Assembly: GCA_965203465.1 (NCBI GenBank)
Contig: CBDBCR010000001.1
Span: forward strand, 896,001 to 960,000
Direction of reading: 5' to 3'
DNA length: 64,000 nucleotides
Origin: Nitrosopumilaceae archaeon
GTDB taxonomy: Archaea > Thermoproteota > Nitrososphaeria > Nitrososphaerales > Nitrosopumilaceae
Part shown: positions 58,555-64,000 of the stretch, in pieces
How the letters are laid out: every line of letters starts with the position of its first letter
How positions within the stretch are numbered: the stretch's first letter is position 1
Made by a program: the position numbers and the translations under genes
The notes under the pieces: generated by a model
Seen by the model: the letters and a program-made list of their open reading frames with translations, nothing else
Told to the model about the DNA's origin: nothing
Databases searched by the model: none

Positions 58555-59661
58555 CTACGCGCCCCTCGTCTTGACTATGGTCAGCACGTCCTCGTCCTGC
58601 ATCACGTGGTCGAGGCCGACGCGCTGGCCCCCGAACTTTACGCTCCTGCCCCACACCATGCCGTAGCGGAACTGCCTGCGCATGCTCCTGTGTATCTTGT
58701 TGCAGACATCCTCGACGGTGTCGCCCTCCCTGGCTATGAGCGGCTCCTCAAAGTCGGCCTCGCCCCCCTTGGGCCTCATGTACACCCGTATGAACCCGAG
58801 GCTCTCGTATATGCGCTCCCTGAGGAGTTCCATGTTGAGGTCCGAGTTCGCCGAGACCTCGACGGCCGGGCCGGCGCCGGCGCGCGCCCTCTCGAGCAGC
58901 TGCTCGTCCGCCAGGTCTATCTTGTTTATCACCGTCAGGGCCTTTGCGTACGTGACGTTGCCGGCCATGTGGTCTGCGAGCTGCTCGGACGTGACGTCCT
59001 CGCGCACCACGACTCTGGCGCTGTTTATGCCGTACAGGTGCAGCATCTCCCTGACGTGCGATTCGGTGACGCGCGTGAGCCTTGCCTGCTGCGCGACGGT
59101 TATGCCGCCCGAGCCGGACTTTTCGACCGTGATGTTGGGGGGAAGCTGGTTCAGGCGTATGCCGATGTTGCCAAGCTCCGACGAAAGGACGCGCGCGTGG
59201 TGCGGCTGGAAGACATCCAGTACCAGCAGCACGAGGTCCGCGCTCCTCGCGACGGACAGTATCCTCTTTCCGAGTCCGCGGCCGCTCGAGGCGCCCTTTA
59301 TGATGCCGGGCAGATCGAGCATCTGTATGCGCGCGCCGCGGTACTCCATCATGCCGGGAACGACGGTCAGGGTCGTGAACTGGTAGGCGCCGACCTCGGA
59401 CTTTGCGCCGGTGAGGCGGTTGAGCAGGGTGGACTTGCCCACGCTGGGCAGCCCGATGAACACCACGGTCGCGTCGCCGGACCTGCGCACGTCGAAGCCG
59501 TCGTGTCGCGCGCCGCTCTTTTTGGCCGCCGCGTCCTCCTGCTCGCGCCTCAGCTTTGCGATCTTGGCCTTTAGCAGGCCGAGGTGGTGCTCGGTCGCCT
59601 TGTTGACCTGCGTCCTCGCCATCTCATCCTCGATGGCCCTGATCTTTTCGGGTATGCCCAC
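58555..59661 (-). CDS. DRG/Rbg-family GTPase with TGS domain
   Basis: NKATEHH, GLPSVGKST, YQFTT, DLPG, NKID. Confidence 0.93.
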   Translation of the reverse strand: MGIPEKIRAIEDEMARTQVNKATEHHLGLLKAKIAKLRREQEDAAAKKSGARHDGFDVRRSGDATVVFIGLPSVGKSTLLNRLTGAKSEVGAYQFTTLTVVPGMMEYRGARIQMLDLPGIIKGASSGRGLGKRILSVARSADLVLLVLDVFQPHHARVLSSELGNIGIRLNQLPPNITVEKSGSGGITVAQQARLTRVTESHVREMLHLYGINSARVVVREDVTSEQLADHMAGNVTYAKALTVINKIDLADEQLLERARAGAGPAVEVSANSDLNMELLRERIYESLGFIRVYMRPKGGEADFEEPLIAREGDTVEDVCNKIHRSMRRQFRYGMVWGRSVKFGGQRVGLDHVMQDEDVLTIVKTRGA

Positions 59662-59739
59662 GGGCCGGCGGGTGCTTTTTCACATAAATTTCAACGCGGC
59701 CGGCAAAGATTCTAATAAAACGGCGGGGGGGCGCGGGGC

Positions 59740-61581
59740 GTGTCGTTCGGCCTGTTCCTGGACCAGGCGCGCGCCGGGGTCTCGGCGCGGCTCTTGGAGA
59801 TGGGCCTAGAGTCGGGCTTCGAGGTGGGGCCCGCGCGGCCCGGCTTTGGCGACGCGGCGTGCAACGCGCCGTTCCTGCTGGCTAAAAAGACGGGCCGGCG
59901 GCCGGCTGAGCTGGCCTCCGAGATGGCCTCGGGGTACCGCGTATCGGGGCTGGTGAGCTCGTGCGAGGCGCACCCGTCGGGGTACCTCAATTTTGGGGCC
60001 GACGATGCGCAGCTGGCCTCGGCCGCGGTGGCCTCCGCGCTGGACGGCACGTTCGGGATACGGCCCGCGGAGCCGGTCCGGACCGTCGTGGAGCACACCA
60101 GCGTCAACCCCAACAAGGCCCTCCACATCGGGCACGTGCGCAACGTGGCGGTCGGCGATTCGCTGTCGCGCATACTGGCGAGGGCCGGCCACCCCGTCTT
60201 GGCGCTCAACTACGTCGACGATTCGGGCCTGCAGGTGGCAGACGTCGTGGTCGGGTTCCAGAAACTGGGTTTTGCGGCAGAGCCGCCCGGGGGCGGGCGG
60301 TTCGATTCGTACTGCGGCGACGAGGTGTATGTAAAGACGACGGCCGAATACGAAAAGAACCCTGCCCTCAAGGAAGAGCGCGCGCGGGCGCTGGCCCTCA
60401 TGGAGGAGGGCGGCAACGAGACCGCGAGGATGGCCGAATCCGTGACCCGGCGCGTGCTGCGCTGCCAGCTGGACACGTGCTGGCGCCTGGGCGCCAGGTA
60501 CGACTGCGTAAACTACGAGTCGCAGGTGGTGCGCTCGGGCATGTGGGCCTCTGTCTTTGAGCGGCTAAAAGAGTCCGGCCTGGTGGAGCTGGCCTCGGAG
60601 GGGGACAACGCGGGCTGCTGGGTGCTCAAGGGGCAGGACAAGGTGCTGGTGCGCAGCGGCGGGACTGCCACCTACACGGCCAAGGACATACCATACGCGG
60701 CCTGGAAGCTGGGCCTGGTGCCGGACCCGTTCGGGTACGAGGAGTATGGGGGGCAGCCGGACAGACAGATGTTCCATTCGGTGCTGGGCGGCGGGCGCAA
60801 GGGGGACTATTCGGGCCGGCGCGTCATCACGGTGGTCGATTCGCGCCAGGCGGCCCCGCAGGCGGCGGTGCGCTCGCTGATGGACGCCTTTGGAAAAGAG
60901 GGCGCGTACGTGCACCTCGCCTACGGACCCGTCGGCCTCAGCCCGTCGACGGCGCGCAGCTTGGGCGCCGAGACGGGCGGCAAAAAGGCCCAGATGTCGG
61001 GCAGGCGCGGCCTGTACGTGGGCGCCGACTCCGTCTGCGACCTGCTCGAGGAGCGAGCTCTCTCCGAGGTGCTGCGCCGCAACCCCGAAATGGACCGCGC
61101 AGAGGCCGCCGAGATAGCCCGCAAGATAGCCGTGGGGACGGTGCGCTACGAGATGGTCCGCACCGACCTGGACAGGCCGGTGACGTTCGACCTGGAAAGG
61201 TCGCTGAGCCTAGAGGGGGACACCGCGCCGTACATGCAGTACGCGCACGCGCGCGCCTGCCGGATACTGGAAAAGTCGCCGTCCGCGCCGGACCACGCGT
61301 CCATGGAGCCGGCGCGCGGCGGGCCCGAGCGCGCCCTCGTGCTGGCCCTATCCAAGGCCGGCGTGTCGGTCTCTGACGCCGAGCGCAACCTGTCCCCCAA
61401 GGTGGTGGCGCGCTACTGCCGCCAGCTGTCAGTAGAGTTCAACTCGTTCTACGAAAAGGCCAGGGTGGTGGGCACCGATCCGGAGACGGACAACTTCCGC
61501 CTCTGCCTGGTCGAGGCGTTCAGGCTGACGCTGGCCTCGGCCCTCGGGATGCTGGGCGTCGAGGCCCCCGACAGGATGTAG
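59740..61581 (+). CDS. argS: Arginine--tRNA ligase
   Basis: VEHTSVNPNKALHIGH, MSGRRG, GDTAPYMQYAHAR, APDRM. Confidence 0.96.
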   Translation: MSFGLFLDQARAGVSARLLEMGLESGFEVGPARPGFGDAACNAPFLLAKKTGRRPAELASEMASGYRVSGLVSSCEAHPSGYLNFGADDAQLASAAVASALDGTFGIRPAEPVRTVVEHTSVNPNKALHIGHVRNVAVGDSLSRILARAGHPVLALNYVDDSGLQVADVVVGFQKLGFAAEPPGGGRFDSYCGDEVYVKTTAEYEKNPALKEERARALALMEEGGNETARMAESVTRRVLRCQLDTCWRLGARYDCVNYESQVVRSGMWASVFERLKESGLVELASEGDNAGCWVLKGQDKVLVRSGGTATYTAKDIPYAAWKLGLVPDPFGYEEYGGQPDRQMFHSVLGGGRKGDYSGRRVITVVDSRQAAPQAAVRSLMDAFGKEGAYVHLAYGPVGLSPSTARSLGAETGGKKAQMSGRRGLYVGADSVCDLLEERALSEVLRRNPEMDRAEAAEIARKIAVGTVRYEMVRTDLDRPVTFDLERSLSLEGDTAPYMQYAHARACRILEKSPSAPDHASMEPARGGPERALVLALSKAGVSVSDAERNLSPKVVARYCRQLSVEFNSFYEKARVVGTDPETDNFRLCLVEAFRLTLASALGMLGVEAPDRM

Positions 61582-61611
61582 GTTTATTATCAAAGCCGGC
61601 GCCCCGCGCGC

Positions 61612-62403
61612 GTGGATCTGATCAAAGAGGGCGACGACGTGCTGTTTTACTACAGCGGCACCAAAAAGTGGCTCGCGCGCGTGCGCCCCGGCGCGGAGCT
61701 GCACACGCACCTGGGGGTCATACCCCACGGCGGGGCGGTGGGGCGGCAGTACGGCGCGCGCCTGTACACCAACAAGAACAAGTACGTGTACCTTTTGCGG
61801 CCGAGCATACACGACTACATCATGAAGATGCAGCACGGCACCCAGATAGTGTACCCCAAGGAGCTGGGCTACATCGCCGCGCGCGCCGGCGTCTGCAACG
61901 GGCAGAAGATAGTCGAGATCGGCACGGGCAGCGGCTCGATGACCACGTTCCTGGCCTCGCTGGTAAAGCCGCGCGGGCGCGTGTACACGTTCGACGTGGA
62001 CGAAAAGTTCATGAAGATAGCCGCCAAGAACATAGAGCGGGCCGGCATGAGCAGGTACGTCACGCAGAAAAAGGCCGACCTCAAGGGCAGGGCGTCGGCG
62101 CCGGTGCGCGGGGCCGACGCGGTGATGATAGACTTGGGCGATCCGTGGGAGGTGCTCCCCTCGGCGCGCCGGATGCTCAAGGGGGGAGGCGCGCTGGTCT
62201 CGGTGTGCCCGACGATGAACCAGCTGGAAAAGCTCTCCGCGGCCCTGGTGCAGAACGAGTTTGCCGACATCGAGTGCAGCGAGACGCTCGTGCGCGCCAT
62301 AGAGGCGCGCGAGGGGCGCACGCGACACGCGTTCCAGGGCATAGGGCACACCACCTACCTGTGCTTCGCGCGCAAGGCGTTCTTTGACGAGGCCCGGTCC
62401 TGA
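61612..62403 (+). CDS. trmI: tRNA (adenine-N1)-methyltransferase TrmI
   Basis: TQIVYPK, EIGTGSGS, DLGDPW, HTTYL. Confidence 0.92.
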   Translation: MDLIKEGDDVLFYYSGTKKWLARVRPGAELHTHLGVIPHGGAVGRQYGARLYTNKNKYVYLLRPSIHDYIMKMQHGTQIVYPKELGYIAARAGVCNGQKIVEIGTGSGSMTTFLASLVKPRGRVYTFDVDEKFMKIAAKNIERAGMSRYVTQKKADLKGRASAPVRGADAVMIDLGDPWEVLPSARRMLKGGGALVSVCPTMNQLEKLSAALVQNEFADIECSETLVRAIEAREGRTRHAFQGIGHTTYLCFARKAFFDEARS

Positions 62404-62483
62404 AAGGGTTAAATCGAACAGCGCCCGGGATCGCGCATGCACGGTTCTGTGCGCGGCGGCGCTGGGCGCGCAAGTGATCTAAA

Positions 62484-62798
62484 ATGAGCGCCCCCGACAG
62501 GGACGATGCGGGCGCGTACGCGGGATCGGGCACGAAAGGCTGGCTGCTGGATCCGCTTTTGTGCGCGCTCAGGCGGGGAGACCGCCCGGGAGAGACGTAC
62601 GTCGTGCTGGGGTTGCTGGATTTCGCGACGCTGGCACTCGGGCTGACATACTGCGCGCTCGCCCTCACGAAGACCGAACAGACGCCCGAGATCTACCTCC
62701 AGATCACGTGGTTCGGCACGATGGCGGTTGTGTGGCCTACCGCCGCGCTGAGGATACTCATGATGGCAGCGCGCAGGAAAGGGGGCGCGAAGAGATGA
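62484..62798 (+). CDS. Small membrane protein
   Basis: Two hydrophobic segments; overlaps the next gene. Confidence 0.5.
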   Translation: MSAPDRDDAGAYAGSGTKGWLLDPLLCALRRGDRPGETYVVLGLLDFATLALGLTYCALALTKTEQTPEIYLQITWFGTMAVVWPTAALRILMMAARRKGGAKR

Positions 62799-63628
62799 GC
62801 CCGGCGCGGGGCGCGTACGGGCGCCGGGGCGATTCCCGCAAGGGCGACAACGGCAAGGTCTTGGTGGCGGGGGGCAGCTACTTGTACCACGGCGCGCCGG
62901 TACTCGCCGCCATGGCCGCGCAGCGCAGCGGGGCCGACCTGGTGTACGCGGCCGTCCCGTCGATGCACGCCGGGGCCGTGCGGGCCCTTTCGGCAGACCT
63001 CATCGTGCTGCCGATGCCGGACCCCAAACTGACGCGCGGCTCCGCGACGAAGCTGCTCGGCATGGCGCCTGCCGGCCTCGATTCCGCTGCGGTCGGCATG
63101 GGGATGGACGTGCGCGAACGCGGCGCGCTGGTCCGCCTCGTCAGGTCGCTGCTGGAGGCGGACGTGCGGCTGGTGCTAGACGCGGGCGCGCTGCTGCCCG
63201 AGGTGCTGCCCGAGCTTTCGCGCGGCGCCTCGGTGGTCACCCCGCACGCCGGCGAGTTTGAGAGGCTGTTCGGATCAAAAGTGCCCGACGACGAGCAGGG
63301 CCGCGCGGCAGCCGCCGAGGACGCGGCCAGAAAACACGGCACGACGGTGCTGCTAAAGGGCAAGCACGACGTGGCCACCGACGGCTCGAGGACGCGCATA
63401 TGCAGGCGCGGCTGCGCGGCCATGACGGCCGGCGGGACCGGCGACGTGCTCTGCGGGCTGGCGGCCGGGCTGCTCGCGCGCAGCCGCGACACACTCGAAG
63501 CCGCGTCGGACGCGGCCACGGTAAACGGGGCCGCCGGCGAGCTTGCCAGCTCGCAGCTGGGGGACTGCATCGTGGGCAGCGATCTGGTGGGGCGCATACC
63601 GGAGGCGATGGGGGAGCTTGGCAAGTAG
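62795..63628 (+). CDS. nnrD: ADP-dependent NAD(P)H-hydrate dehydratase
   Basis: RKGDNGKVLVAGGS, LDAGAL, TPHAGEF, GGTGDVL. Confidence 0.93.
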   Translation: MSPARGAYGRRGDSRKGDNGKVLVAGGSYLYHGAPVLAAMAAQRSGADLVYAAVPSMHAGAVRALSADLIVLPMPDPKLTRGSATKLLGMAPAGLDSAAVGMGMDVRERGALVRLVRSLLEADVRLVLDAGALLPEVLPELSRGASVVTPHAGEFERLFGSKVPDDEQGRAAAAEDAARKHGTTVLLKGKHDVATDGSRTRICRRGCAAMTAGGTGDVLCGLAAGLLARSRDTLEAASDAATVNGAAGELASSQLGDCIVGSDLVGRIPEAMGELGK

Positions 63629-64000
63629 GATAGCCGAGAGCCTGCAGAGGCTCGTGCGGCAGCCGAGCGTCTCGGCGTGCGGCGAGGGCATCGAAGAGTG
63701 CGCCCTGCTCGTCTCCGGGATGCTCGAGGAGGCCGGCATAAGCTCCAAGATACTGCGTATCGGCGGGGCCGCCCCGATGGTCTTCGGAAGGGTAGAGTCG
63801 CGCTCCAACCCGCGCAAGACGCTGCTGCTGTACAACCACTACGACGTGCAGCCGGCCGAGCCGCTGGAGCTGTGGCGCGATCCGCCGTTCGCCGGCGTGA
63901 AGAGGGGCCGCAAGGTCTTCGGGCGCGGCTCGTCGGACGACAAGGGCGAGCTCGTCGCGCGCATAGAGGCGGTCCGGCGCCACCTCGAAGAGGAAGGCGA
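63618..64000 (+). CDS. M20-family peptidase/deacylase (5' part, runs off the window)
   Basis: QPSVSA, LLYNHYDVQP, WRDPPF, GRGSSDDKG. Confidence 0.9.
   Translation, partial: MASRIAESLQRLVRQPSVSACGEGIEECALLVSGMLEEAGISSKILRIGGAAPMVFGRVESRSNPRKTLLLYNHYDVQPAEPLELWRDPPFAGVKRGRKVFGRGSSDDKGELVARIEAVRRHLEEEG

Overview
High-GC archaeal DNA, most likely a Nitrosopumilaceae (Thaumarchaeota, Cenarchaeum-like) genome, judged from rpl7ae-rps28e-rpl24e-ndk-aIF5B, archease, tgtA, kae1, thi4, cbtAB and the Nitrosopumilus-type small genes. The window has two halves. Positions ~1-31.8 kb are an accessory/defence island lying immediately 3' of tRNA-Ala(CGC). It carries a GNAT toxin with a tiny unannotated partner, a triple nesting (IS110 inside IS66 inside a DUF4238 gene), IS481 and IS5 elements with readable TIRs and TSDs, a 1371-aa Schlafen/AlbA_2-STAND ATPase, a hidden C-terminal remnant of a prokaryotic Argonaute, an AbiJ-like HEPN protein, an uncharacterised two-gene PD-(D/E)XK operon, a KAP NTPase, a possible ADP-ribosyltransferase and DUF5131. 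It also holds five copies, in both orientations, of an unannotated ~75-120 bp repeat that brackets cargo genes. Positions ~32-64 kb are mostly housekeeping (translation, tRNA modification, cobalt uptake, sulfur/thiamine metabolism, collagen-like and H1-like proteins). Several single-base frameshifts there may be sequencing errors. All calls come from reading motifs by eye; no searches were run.
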